Notes under the pieces: generated by a model
What the model was told of the DNA's origin: nothing
What the model saw: the letters and a program-made list of their open reading frames with translations, nothing else
The model's database searches: none
In this document: positions 9,920 through 19,763 of the stretch, in pieces
Layout of the letters: each line of letters begins with the position of its first letter
Position numbering within the stretch: the stretch's first letter is position 1
Made by a program: the position numbers and the translations under genes
Source: Thermodesulfobacteriota bacterium
GTDB taxonomy: Bacteria > Desulfobacterota_D > UBA1144 > Nemesobacterales > UBA2774
DNA length: 64,000 bases
Direction of reading: 5' to 3'
Assembly: GCA_965216785.1 (NCBI GenBank)
Contig: OZ244197.1
Location: 1,504,001 to 1,568,000 of the forward strand

Positions 9920-10769
9920 ATCTTTCTCCCCACATCAGCTTGGTCTTAAGAATTGTAAAGAAATCCCTAAACGGTGATTTTATTAATTTTACGGAAGACT
10001 CTGATTTATGGACCTCTACGAAATCACCGCTATTAAGCCTTACTCCAATCTGTCCGTCGAGTGTTAGATAAGTGTCGGGTTCATGAGTCGATACCTTTAT
10101 CTCTACTTTCATGTCGCTCGGTACGATCAAGGGCCTGTTCGTTAGAGTGTGAGGACATATAGGGGTAATAATTATTACGCGCAGTCCTGGATGGACTATC
10201 GGCCCGCCGGCGGACAAATTGTAAGCAGTTGAGCCCGTTGGAGTTGATAGTATTATGCCGTCTGCTTTATATGTCGTAACATGCGAGCCTTCAATATAGA
10301 TAGAAAGATCGATTACTCTTGCGACGGCTCCCTTATTTATAACGACGTCGTTCAGAACATCATAGGATTCAATAGTCTCTTGTCCCCTTCTGATTGAGGC
10401 CCGGAGCATCTTTCTTTTCTCAATTTCATAATCCCCAGAAATAATACGTTCCGCCATGGCTTGAATCTCATCCACGGTGACTTCGGTAAGAAACCCGAGA
10501 CCCCCTAAATTTATACCGAGTATAGGGGTGCCGTTCTTACATGCGATCCTGGCGACGCCAAGGAAAGTGCCGTCTCCGCCGAATACAAGGATGATGTCTA
10601 CAAGCTTGGCTATTTCCTCGTGAGTGGCTGAATTGTGATTCTTAATCTTTTTCGCAAGATCCTCTTCTAGATATACCTCAACCCCTTTGTCAGCGAGCCA
10701 TTCGCATAGTTCCCGGGTCAGGTCAAAAGTTTGCTGAAGGTTTGTCTTACCGATAATCCCTATTTTCAA
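9900..10769 (-). CDS. nadK: NAD(+) kinase
   Basis: GGDGT, LNDVVI, DGIILSTPTGSTAYNLSAGG. Confidence 0.96.
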   Translation of the reverse strand: MKIGIIGKTNLQQTFDLTRELCEWLADKGVEVYLEEDLAKKIKNHNSATHEEIAKLVDIILVFGGDGTFLGVARIACKNGTPILGINLGGLGFLTEVTVDEIQAMAERIISGDYEIEKRKMLRASIRRGQETIESYDVLNDVVINKGAVARVIDLSIYIEGSHVTTYKADGIILSTPTGSTAYNLSAGGPIVHPGLRVIIITPICPHTLTNRPLIVPSDMKVEIKVSTHEPDTYLTLDGQIGVRLNSGDFVEVHKSESSVKLIKSPFRDFFTILKTKLMWGERYGKIDG

Positions 10770-10899
10770 AATAGATTCACTCCGCTTGAAAATTTAAGTT
10801 TTAAACTCGCTTATAGGGCAAGAATTATTAATATACCACCCGCGCGGGGTAATCTAAAGATCACAGGCTATTACGCGCCTAACTCGGCACTCAGGTACT

Positions 10900-11998
10900 T
10901 CAGCCCGACATCCATACTAAGTAGTTTTTAATAAACTCACTTAAATCACCATCGAGCACTGGGTCTACATTGCCGGTCTCATACTCGGTTCTGTGGTCTT
11001 TTATCATCCTGTAGGGGTGAAGCACATAAGAGCGTATCTGGCTCCCCCAACCGATCTCTTTTTTCGTAGCGTTGAGCTCATCGATTTTCTCCATCTGTTT
11101 TTCTCTCTCAAGCTCATACAGCCGGGCCCTGAGTATCTTCATCGCCGTGGCTCTGTTTTGGTGCTGAGAGCGCTCGTTCTGACAGCTTACGACAATCCCG
11201 GAGGGTAGGTGAGTAATCCTTATAGCTGAGTCGGTCTTATTGACGTGCTGGCCTCCGGCGCCGCTTGCGCGGTAAGTGTCGACTCTTAAATCTTTCTCGT
11301 CCACCTCGACTTCAATACTTTCGTCTATCTCAGGGGATACGAATACAGAGGCAAAAGATGTGTGTCTTCTTTTATTGGAATCAAAAGGGGAGATGCGCAC
11401 AAGACGGTGAACGCCGCTCTCGCCCTTGAGGTACCCAAAGGCGTACTCTCCGTTCACCATGAAGGTCGCGCTCTTAAGCCCAGCGTCGTCCCCCTCCTGG
11501 TACTCAATCATATTTGTGGCAAACCCACTTCTCTCAGCGTAGCGAAGGTACATTCTTAGCAGCATATCAGCCCAGTCCTGAGCCTCCGTGCCGCCCGCGC
11601 CCGCGTTAATCGAAACGATTGCGTTTCTTGAATCATCAGCCCCGCCCAGAATCCTTTTAAATTCCAGATCTTCCACCTTGGCGGTTATTTCAGTTAATTT
11701 TTCCGTGGCCTCGCGGTATGCGTCCTCATCCTGCTCTTCTGAGGAGAGCTCTTCAAGCACTTCGACGTCCTCGAGCTCTAGCGAGAGCTTTTCCCAGGCT
11801 TCGATTGAGTCTCTTATACGCGCCTGTTCTCTCAGGGTTTCCTGCGCCTTTTCGGCATTGTCCCAGAACCCAGGGCTCCCAGTCAGCTCTTCAAGCTCCT
11901 TTAGTCGCGACTCCTTTCCGGGGAGGTCAAAGAAACTCTCCAAGTACAGCGAGTCTTCTCTTTAGGTCTTTGATCTGCTCTTTGTTCTCTCCTATCAT
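10900..11998 (-). CDS. prfB: peptide chain release factor 2, translated via programmed +1 frameshift
   Basis: SPF and GGQ motifs; ATG at 11998 (SD AGGAG) opens 23 codons MIGENKEQIKDLKRRLAVLGEFL ending CTT TGA C, and the +1 frame continues DLPGKE. Confidence 0.96.
11926..11941 (-). promoter_or_regulatory. prfB +1 ribosomal frameshift site
   Basis: GGAGAG-TTT-CTT-TGA-C matches the canonical internal SD plus CTT TGA C signal. Confidence 0.95.
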
Positions 11999-12322
11999 TG
12001 GGCTCTCCTAGGTATGATTAATATAATGTTCAATATTTCTAATTAGTTGCGGCTAGAAAATATTATAGAGCGTGATTCTAAAAATGCTATAAATTTACAG
12101 GCTCTATTTTCAAGACTCACCTAACTTTTGCTATGTTGAAATATTCAGGATGTTAGGTAGAGTCATATTGATTCTCAACCGCATAATTCACACACAATAT
12201 AGTGATAAACATTAGTAAATACAAATCTATTGTTATTGTATGAGAGTTATCCGTTTTGATCTGTGTCAAGGAACGAAGTCGGCCGAGAGTTTATTACACA
12301 ATTGATAAAAGGAGAAATCGAA

Positions 12323-13462
12323 GTGAAAAAATATCTGTTTACACCAGGGCCGGTAGCGGTACCGAGCGAAGTTTTGATAGAAATGGCGAAACCCATTATC
12401 CATCACAGGACAGCTGAGTTTGAGAGCATCTTCGCTGAGGTTAGAGAGGGACTTAAATACGTCTACGAGACAGAGCAGGAGGTATTCATACTGGCTGCTT
12501 CGGGTACAGGCGCTATGGAAGCCTCTGTTGTTAACACTCTCTCAAGAGGTGATAAGGCTTTGGTCGTAAACGGCGGTAAATTCGGAGAGAGGTGGGGGAA
12601 GATATGCAGGGCTTACGGCGTTGAAGTGGAGGAGCTTATGGTTGAATGGGGTAAGGAAGTTGACCCCGGGGATATAGAGAAAGCCCTTGAAGCAGACCCT
12701 TCGATAAGCGCTGTATTGGTACAGGCGAGCGAAACCTCAACTGGTGTTAAGCACCCTACGAAAGAAATAGCAGAGATTACCGGAAAAAGAGACGATGTAA
12801 TTCTCATAGTAGACGGCATAACAGGGGTAGGCGTCTTTCCGCTTCCCTTTGACAAGTGGGGCATCGATGTGCTCGTAGGAGGCTCTCAAAAGGCTTTTAT
12901 GCTTCCTCCGGGGCTTTCTTTTGCCGCGATGAGTGATAAGGCCTGGAAGTTTTATGAAAAATCCGATCTTCCGAAATTCTACTTCGATTTTAAAACCGCT
13001 TTAAAAAACGCAGAAAAAAACACTACCACATTTACTCCGGCTGTAACTCTGATAATAGGTTTGGCGGCGGTACTCAGAAGATTTATGGCGGAGGGTAGGG
13101 AAAATATGCATGCGCGCCATGAGAAACTGGCGCTTGCCACGAGAGAAGCTATGAGGGCAATCGGTGTTGAGCCATTTGTTCAGGACACTCCGAGCACAGC
13201 CCTTACAACGGTAATTGCCCCTCCGGACATTGGAGCCGGTAAAGTTATCGCGTCACTCAGAGATGATTATGGCATAACCGTTGCGGGAGGCCAGGATCAG
13301 GCTAAAGGGAAGATTTTCAGAATCTCTCACATAGGCGATATAGACAAGACCGATATTCTTTCAATTGTTGCCGCGATTGAGAGCGTGCTAGACGGGCTGG
13401 GTTACGATTTTAATTTCGGTGCCGCGACTAAAAAGGCTGCACAGATACTGAGTGAGGATTAA
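12323..13462 (+). CDS. class V PLP aminotransferase (alanine-glyoxylate/serine-pyruvate family; possible phosphoserine aminotransferase)
   Basis: TPGP, HHR, SGTGAME, SETSTG, GSQKAFMLPPG, FRISH; GTG start at 12323 after AGGAGA preferred over 12263. Confidence 0.88.
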   Translation: MKKYLFTPGPVAVPSEVLIEMAKPIIHHRTAEFESIFAEVREGLKYVYETEQEVFILAASGTGAMEASVVNTLSRGDKALVVNGGKFGERWGKICRAYGVEVEELMVEWGKEVDPGDIEKALEADPSISAVLVQASETSTGVKHPTKEIAEITGKRDDVILIVDGITGVGVFPLPFDKWGIDVLVGGSQKAFMLPPGLSFAAMSDKAWKFYEKSDLPKFYFDFKTALKNAEKNTTTFTPAVTLIIGLAAVLRRFMAEGRENMHARHEKLALATREAMRAIGVEPFVQDTPSTALTTVIAPPDIGAGKVIASLRDDYGITVAGGQDQAKGKIFRISHIGDIDKTDILSIVAAIESVLDGLGYDFNFGAATKKAAQILSED

Positions 13463-13549
13463 CCCCGGACGAATCAGCAATTTAGAATATAGTAGATTAA
13501 GGGCCACGCCGGCAAGTTTATAAAAGCTAGCAAGTAGTCAACTCTAGGA

Positions 13550-14473
13550 CTATTTGTCGTTCATGTTGTCATAGCACTGCTCGTTAGTTTCTTCACAGTC
13601 GATAGTCTCTACCTGAAGCGTTACGTGAGTAATATTAAATTTTTCAAAAAGGTTTTTCTTTATCTCACGTATCAGCTTTTCCCCTTTTTGCATATCATCG
13701 ATCACTAAATGAGCGCTCAGGGATTCAAAACCCTGTGTCAGGGTCCATACGTGCAGGTCATGAACGCTGATCACTCCCTCACAAGCGCAGATTGAGCTTT
13801 GTACCGAATTAAGATCAAGACCCTTTGGAGTTCCCTCAAGAAGAATATGGACCGATTCTCTAAACAGGACCCAGGCCCCCCTTATTATTAAGACCGAAAC
13901 AATGATACTGACAATGGAGTCTGCGTAATACCATTTTGTCTGTATCATAATGACACCGGCTATGATAGCCCCCACTGAGCCTAGCGCGTCACTCAATACG
14001 TGGTATAGCGCTCCTCTTATATTCAGGTTTCCGCTTTGATACTTATATAAGATATAAGCTCCTAGGAGGTTTATACCCAGGCCGATAACGGCGACTACTG
14101 TCATTTCAAGGCTCTTCACCTCGTGGGGGTTCTGAATTCTTTTAAATGCTTCGAACAGGATCCCGGCTGAGATCGCGAACAAGAGCAGGCTGTTAAAGAA
14201 AGCACCTATAATCTCGGCTCTATAGTATCCGTAAGTTTTTGTGTGTGTAGCAGGTCTCTGGGTTATCCATATCGCAACATACGCGACTAAGAGCGCGAAT
14301 ACGTCTGTTAGCATGTGCGCCGCGTCCGACAAAAGCGCAAGACTGCCTGTGTAGAAGCCGGCGCCCGCCTCTACGAACATAAAGCACGTCGTAAGCAAAA
14401 GCACTATGGTGAGCGCTTTTTTTTGATCCGCGCCGGAGGGTCCATGGTTGTGGTTGTGGCCGTGATGTCCCAT
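13550..14473 (-). CDS. czcD: cation diffusion facilitator (CzcD/ZitB-like Zn/Co/Cd efflux)
   Basis: His-rich N-terminus, SLALLSDAAHMLTD, TYGYYRAE, HVLSD, HDLHVW. Confidence 0.9.
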   Translation of the reverse strand: MGHHGHNHNHGPSGADQKKALTIVLLLTTCFMFVEAGAGFYTGSLALLSDAAHMLTDVFALLVAYVAIWITQRPATHTKTYGYYRAEIIGAFFNSLLLFAISAGILFEAFKRIQNPHEVKSLEMTVVAVIGLGINLLGAYILYKYQSGNLNIRGALYHVLSDALGSVGAIIAGVIMIQTKWYYADSIVSIIVSVLIIRGAWVLFRESVHILLEGTPKGLDLNSVQSSICACEGVISVHDLHVWTLTQGFESLSAHLVIDDMQKGEKLIREIKKNLFEKFNITHVTLQVETIDCEETNEQCYDNMNDK

Positions 14474-14481
14474 CTGAATTA

Positions 14482-14510
14482 AAAATACACACGCCCTACT
14501 TTGGAGTCAA
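14482..14510 (-). promoter_or_regulatory. sigma70-type promoter for czcD (near-leaderless)
   Basis: TTGACT-N17-TATTTT, 8 nt before ATG, no SD. Confidence 0.55.
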
Positions 14511-14539
14511 AGCAGTGGGCTCGTATTTAGCTTCTTTCC

Positions 14540-14845
14540 CTAAGACGCTTTTTTTTGAGCAGGACCGGCAAAGTGACGGTCGCGTATAGGGTCGTTGTCG
14601 AGATCTGAGATCAGATATCCGATCCGGTATTGATCTCCCGGGAAATAGTAGAGCCGTATACCCTGGGGCGTGAGTAGATACAGCCCGTCTTTTTTGGTGT
14701 CATCGGGCAATTCTACTTCATATATAGGGAAGCCGACGGTGCCGCCCCCGATATTTATCTGACGTCTCTCATTTCTTAATTTTTTTATGTTTTTCGCAAT
14801 ACCCCAGACCTTGGGGAAGATCTGGCCGTTTACAGTTATTTTCAT
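14540..14845 (-). CDS. hypothetical protein
   Basis: 101 aa ORF with GAGGT SD; no recognised motif. Confidence 0.65.
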   Translation of the reverse strand: MKITVNGQIFPKVWGIAKNIKKLRNERRQINIGGGTVGFPIYEVELPDDTKKDGLYLLTPQGIRLYYFPGDQYRIGYLISDLDNDPIRDRHFAGPAQKKAS

Positions 14846-14872
14846 TACTTACCTCGTTAAGATGATGTGTTA

Positions 14873-15235
14873 TTAGGCTGATATCTTGATTTCTGTAATA
14901 AGCCCCGTGCAGGTGATTATTTTATCTAAATTTTCGTTCCTGGGATATAAATAGCGGTGCTCGGGTTTTTCTCCGCAACTGCGGCAAACTTCCTCCTCCT
15001 CTGATATATCAACCCAGATTGCGCAAGCGCCGCAGTAATCTCCCATCTCCTCATACCAGGCTAAATGAGAATACAAGAGCTCATTCAATCCTCTCTTGCC
15101 CAGGGTGGAAGCCCACTCAGTCAGGTCCTGGGTAATTCTCTCTCTGAATTTAGGCGGAACCTCAGACAGGTCGCCCGAATAGATTTGGTCTTGGTTAACA
15201 TAAATTTTACAGCTAAAAGACTTTTCGCCTGTCAT
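14873..15235 (-). CDS. hypothetical protein with zinc-ribbon-like CxxC...CxxC
   Basis: YCGAC...VCRSCG in a 120 aa ORF. Confidence 0.65.
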   Translation of the reverse strand: MTGEKSFSCKIYVNQDQIYSGDLSEVPPKFRERITQDLTEWASTLGKRGLNELLYSHLAWYEEMGDYCGACAIWVDISEEEEVCRSCGEKPEHRYLYPRNENLDKIITCTGLITEIKISA

Positions 15236-15307
15236 ATTGGTAATTGATAAGGATACAGACTATTTAATAAACCCAAAAGAGGTTAAGTCTTTTGTCCCGG
15301 ATTTTTT

Positions 15308-17218
15308 TCAGTTGCTCATAGCCTCAGCGCCGAGCACGCTGGCCACAGCATCCTGTATCTGGTCCACTGAGAAGGGTTTCTTGATTATCTTGTACGAGCC
15401 TTCTGAAATCTCATCAGGAAGCTGTTCCTCTGAGCGTCCGCTTATAATTATCACAGTAGAGTTCGGGTCAATCGTTCCTATGTCTCTTAGTATTTCGACG
15501 CCGTCTTTTTTGGGCATCGAAAGGTCAAGGAATATAATGTCAAAATGGTTTTGCTTAATTAGCCCGAGAGCACTCTCACCGTTACCGGCTGTCATAACGT
15601 TGTGCCCCGTACTTGATAAACACTCCTTTATTATATCACGGATAAATTCTTCATCGTCCACGACAAGTATGTTCCCCTTTCTTCTAAGCTCCAGCACCTT
15701 CGCGCTCTCGACTTTTTGTCCTGTTTTAGTGCTGACGCTTTTGCTTAGAGTCTGCACATTTGGCAGGAGTATGGTGAAAGTGGTTCCTTTGTCAATCTCG
15801 CTGCTCACGTCGATTCGTCCGCCGTGGCGCTCGATTATAGCATAAATTACGGACAGGCCGAGCCCCGTCCCTGATTTTGTGCCTTCACTGAACTTTGTGG
15901 TGAAAAACGGTTCGAAGATTCTGGGCAGATTCTCACTGGATATTCCGCTGCCTGTATCTGAGAAGTCGATCCTTACGTTATTGCCTTCTAGTTTTGTGCT
16001 TATAGCTATGGCGCCGCCGCCCGGCATGGCGTGTTTTGAGTTAATTGCTAGGTTCAGGAAAACCTGCTGCAGCTCGCCCAAATTCAGTCTGATAGCCGGC
16101 ACTTTTTCGTAGTTCCGGAGAATCTTGATTCCCTCTGTTTCAAATGTGTGCTCGACTAGGCTAAGTGCGTCGTCAATAACGTTCTCTATCTGAGCGACCT
16201 GGAACTTCTCGCCCTTTTGCCTTGAGAAGCTTAGGAGTTTATTCACTATTTCGACAGCCCTATCTGAGGCTTTTTCTATAACATCGAGGTCTTTTCTCAC
16301 CCCCTCCATGTTATCTCTTGTAATCGCGAGACTCGTGTAGCCGATTATTCCCGAGAGTATGTTGTTAAATTCGTGCGCGACGCCTGCCGCGAGCTGCCCG
16401 ACGCCGGACATCTTAGCCGAATGGATAAGCTGCGCCTCGAGTTTTTTCTTCTCTGTAATATCTTCGGTCGCTACGATAACGCCGAATATCTCTCCTGTCT
16501 CAAAATCCACTAGCGGAGAGAGAGATACCTCAAGGAATTCATCTCCCGACTTAAGCTCGTGCTTAGTGGAATAGGAGGCTTCGCTAAGTATCTTTGGAAT
16601 AATAGTCTCAAAATTTATACCGTCTAAGAGGTCGCTGAGTTTCTCGCCAATGCAGTCCTTTTTAAAAATCTCCTTTGTCTTTGGATTCGCGCTCTGTATA
16701 ACAAGGTTCCTGTCAGTAGTGATAATACTTTCAATCGTGCTGTTAAGAGTGTTCTCAAGCTGACGGTTTCTTTCTTTAACTTTTTGTTCAAGGTTTGTGT
16801 TTAGCTCTTTTAAGTCGCTTAAAAGTCCCGTGTTCTGTTTGTACAGGTCGTATCTTTCAACAGCGTGCTCTATGACGCTTTTGAGTTTGCTGTAATCAAG
16901 CGGTTTGATAAGGTAGTCAAAGGCGCCGTTCTGCACCGCTTCCACAGCTGTTTCAAGAGAGGCAAACCCGGTCATTAGGATTACCGGAATATGCGGGTCT
17001 TTGTTCCTTATTTCCTCAAGTAGGTCTATACCGCTTTTTTTAGGCATTCTAATGTCGGAAATCACAACATCAAAAGACTTAACCTTTAAGAACTCGATTG
17101 CCTTCTCGCAGTTATTAGCGGCTAGTACTTCATAGCCTTCCTTAGTTAGGATGTCGGCAATGATCTTCAGAATCAGATGTTCATCGTCAACGACTAATAC
17201 CCTTTTAGTGTTGTCCAT
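15308..17218 (-). CDS. hybrid response regulator/histidine kinase (REC-PAS-HisKA-HATPase-REC)
   Basis: N-terminal VDDE/SDIRMP/KP receiver, GVAHEFNNIL H-box, GTGLGL, C-terminal VDDE/LDLSMP/KKP receiver; ATG at 17218 after GGAGAGG. Confidence 0.92.
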   Translation of the reverse strand: MDNTKRVLVVDDEHLILKIIADILTKEGYEVLAANNCEKAIEFLKVKSFDVVISDIRMPKKSGIDLLEEIRNKDPHIPVILMTGFASLETAVEAVQNGAFDYLIKPLDYSKLKSVIEHAVERYDLYKQNTGLLSDLKELNTNLEQKVKERNRQLENTLNSTIESIITTDRNLVIQSANPKTKEIFKKDCIGEKLSDLLDGINFETIIPKILSEASYSTKHELKSGDEFLEVSLSPLVDFETGEIFGVIVATEDITEKKKLEAQLIHSAKMSGVGQLAAGVAHEFNNILSGIIGYTSLAITRDNMEGVRKDLDVIEKASDRAVEIVNKLLSFSRQKGEKFQVAQIENVIDDALSLVEHTFETEGIKILRNYEKVPAIRLNLGELQQVFLNLAINSKHAMPGGGAIAISTKLEGNNVRIDFSDTGSGISSENLPRIFEPFFTTKFSEGTKSGTGLGLSVIYAIIERHGGRIDVSSEIDKGTTFTILLPNVQTLSKSVSTKTGQKVESAKVLELRRKGNILVVDDEEFIRDIIKECLSSTGHNVMTAGNGESALGLIKQNHFDIIFLDLSMPKKDGVEILRDIGTIDPNSTVIIISGRSEEQLPDEISEGSYKIIKKPFSVDQIQDAVASVLGAEAMSN

Positions 17219-19739
17219 CTTCCTCTCCTTTAACGTCATTATTTTTATTGCTTGGGAGCTCTATTGTAAATACCGTGCCTTTCCCCTTTTCGCTCCGGAC
17301 GATTATCCTACCCTGGTGCTCTTCTATTATCTTATAGGCAATCGATAATCCGAGCCCTGTTCCCATGTCTTTCTTTGTGAAAAACGGGTCAAATATTTTG
17401 CTCAGGTCTTCCTCTTCTATACCCAAGCCCGTGTCTTTGAAGCTCACATATACATTTTCAGTTTCTTGGTTAATCAACATATTTTTTTCCCAACCGGTCT
17501 CTATCGTTAGGTCACCACCCTCGGGCATTGCCTGTATAGCGTTTACTATGATGTTAATAAACACCTGCCACAGCTGGTTAGAATCGGCCATTATGTCCGG
17601 TACGTCTTCTTTTAAATTCTTGATAAGGTTCACGTTGTTATCCGAGAGCTGTTTTCTAATTAGTACTACTACGTTATCAACTACGTTATTTACGTTTACC
17701 TTTTCAAAATGGGGCGGCTCTGCCTTTGAAAACTTAAGCAGGCTGTCGATAAGGGTGTTTGTTCTTTCTATTTCGTGCTTTATGTAATCCAGATACTCCC
17801 CGACTACTTCTTCGTTTTCATCGTTTGTCAGATAGGTGGAGAGGTAGTATCTCGCCCCCTCGATAATGTTGAGCGGATTGCGAATCTCGTGAGCCACTCC
17901 CGCGGCAAGCTGGCCGATGGCAGACATTTTTTCCGCATGAACCAATTGATCCTGAGTGTCTTTTAGCTCGGTGTTTGCAAGCTCGAGTTTTTTCGCATAG
18001 TCCTCGACAAGCTTGAATGCGAGCGCGTTTTCTACTGCGATTGCGCTCTGGTTTGCAAGCAAGCGGAGCAGCGTGATATCCATAGTCGTATAAGTGAGTC
18101 CCGATTTTTTATCTCCCAGAGCAATGAACCCGATCAGCTGCTTCTTAAAGAACAGCGGCATTATTAGAGAAGCGTCAAATCTCTTAAACTCGTTCATAAG
18201 CTCCTCTGATCGGTTTATGTATTTCTCGTCGGCTATGAGGTCTTCTTTGAATATCTCTTTTTTATACCTGTTGAAGCTCTCAACAAGAACGTTTGTGCTT
18301 TCTATATTTTTATTCCCTTGTATATCTGTATTATCGCTGCTGTAGTAAGCCTCATAGATCCCAGTGTCTTCGTTATAAATTGCGACAGTTACCGGGCTTG
18401 AGAACATAGTGCTCTCGATCACGCTGATGATCTTGTCTATGATCATATCTATACTCAGAAGAGAAGTCATAGCGTAGCTCACTTCCTCTACCGTTCTTCT
18501 GTAGTCATATTTCTTTCTAAAAAACGTTAGGTCCACAATTTCCTGTATACGGTTTTTAAGCGGATTAAGCGCAAGTACCAAGAAGCTGCTCATGATCAGG
18601 AAGAAAGCCGGGTTCTTCCAGCCGCCGTGCTGTGCGTAGGCCATGTTAAAGGTTAGGACCATAAGAGCGAACACTGCGCCCACTGTTCCGGTTAGCAGTC
18701 CGTAAGTGATCGTTTTCTGTATGATTACATCAATATCGAAGAGTTTATGCTTGACGATGGCATAACCAATCGATAGGGGAAACAGTATTACTGGCAGGGC
18801 CATTAAATTAAAAGGTATGTTTAACTTGAAAATTGTAATGCCTACAGCCGCCGCGGCGGGAATTATCAGACCCAGTAAGCAACCTAAGAAAATAATCTGA
18901 GCTCTTTGCTTCTCTAAGGATGATTGTGAACGAAGGAATGTGAATAAAGACGAAAGAGGGAATATTGCGGCGCTTAATAGTAGATATATCCAGATAGAAA
19001 TATAAAGGATTTTCCATGTGCTGTAGGAATCGAAGAAAATCATTATAAGAGCGTAGATAGCCAGTGATAATATTAGAAACGGCAGCGTTGCGAAGTATCG
19101 GGATTTTTCTTTTATCTTAGTATCCGAAGGGAAGATGAACATCAGGTAAATCCCAAACATAGGGCTGAAAATCATCGCGAAAAATGTAATTTTGTCAAAG
19201 TAGTATGTAGCCTGCGCGTCAAATGAACCCACAAACCATATGCCAAGCGCAGTGCAGAAGAGGAAAAACGCTTTACTGGCTAAATCATCGGGCTTTATGT
19301 AAATTACAAAAACGCCGATTGTAAAAAATACTACCCCGATTAGATAAATGACCCCGAAGACAAGAAGCAGGTCTTTAGCAGAGAGTTTCTGTACTGGTAT
19401 TGTAATGTCGAAGAAGCGGTTGTTTCTCTCGATCGTATAATCAACTTTTTCACCGACTGATAGCGTACCGATAATATTTTCAATATCCACAGGAGCGGAT
19501 ACTTCCTGACCGTTGATTAGTATTACTTTGTCACTGAACCTTTTTAGCTTATCGCCGTTTACGGTCGAGGGGGCGATATCAGTGATAACCAGGTTGTCGT
19601 AGAAGAAAAACCCCGGGTATGTTTTGTCTACCCACTTGAGCCCAAGTATGAAATTGGCTATACAAAAGCTAAGCAGCACTACTACTACGATGCCGAATAG
19701 GGGTCTAGAAAAATTTTCAGAATTCTGCTCGAACGTCAT
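17205..19739 (-). CDS. membrane sensor histidine kinase (PDZ-like periplasmic domain, multi-TM domain, GAF, HisKA, HATPase)
   Basis: TM1, PDZ-like VILINGQEV...GEKVDYTIER, about 8-9 further hydrophobic helices incl. YAIVKHKLFDID, GAF (LANQSAIAVENA), GVAHEIRNPL, GTGLGL. Confidence 0.9.
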   Translation of the reverse strand: MTFEQNSENFSRPLFGIVVVVLLSFCIANFILGLKWVDKTYPGFFFYDNLVITDIAPSTVNGDKLKRFSDKVILINGQEVSAPVDIENIIGTLSVGEKVDYTIERNNRFFDITIPVQKLSAKDLLLVFGVIYLIGVVFFTIGVFVIYIKPDDLASKAFFLFCTALGIWFVGSFDAQATYYFDKITFFAMIFSPMFGIYLMFIFPSDTKIKEKSRYFATLPFLILSLAIYALIMIFFDSYSTWKILYISIWIYLLLSAAIFPLSSLFTFLRSQSSLEKQRAQIIFLGCLLGLIIPAAAAVGITIFKLNIPFNLMALPVILFPLSIGYAIVKHKLFDIDVIIQKTITYGLLTGTVGAVFALMVLTFNMAYAQHGGWKNPAFFLIMSSFLVLALNPLKNRIQEIVDLTFFRKKYDYRRTVEEVSYAMTSLLSIDMIIDKIISVIESTMFSSPVTVAIYNEDTGIYEAYYSSDNTDIQGNKNIESTNVLVESFNRYKKEIFKEDLIADEKYINRSEELMNEFKRFDASLIMPLFFKKQLIGFIALGDKKSGLTYTTMDITLLRLLANQSAIAVENALAFKLVEDYAKKLELANTELKDTQDQLVHAEKMSAIGQLAAGVAHEIRNPLNIIEGARYYLSTYLTNDENEEVVGEYLDYIKHEIERTNTLIDSLLKFSKAEPPHFEKVNVNNVVDNVVVLIRKQLSDNNVNLIKNLKEDVPDIMADSNQLWQVFINIIVNAIQAMPEGGDLTIETGWEKNMLINQETENVYVSFKDTGLGIEEEDLSKIFDPFFTKKDMGTGLGLSIAYKIIEEHQGRIIVRSEKGKGTVFTIELPSNKNNDVKGEEDGQH

Positions 19740-19763
19740 TTTATTTTACTAACTGCTCCATTT

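Noticed and set aside
10900-11998. prfB as a frameshifted pseudogene
   Set aside because: The break sits at the canonical programmed frameshift signal.
12190-12205. NrdR-box-like sequence ACACACAATATAGTGA
   Set aside because: Single imperfect copy, no convincing second box, and neither neighbour (prfB, aminotransferase) is a ribonucleotide reductase gene.
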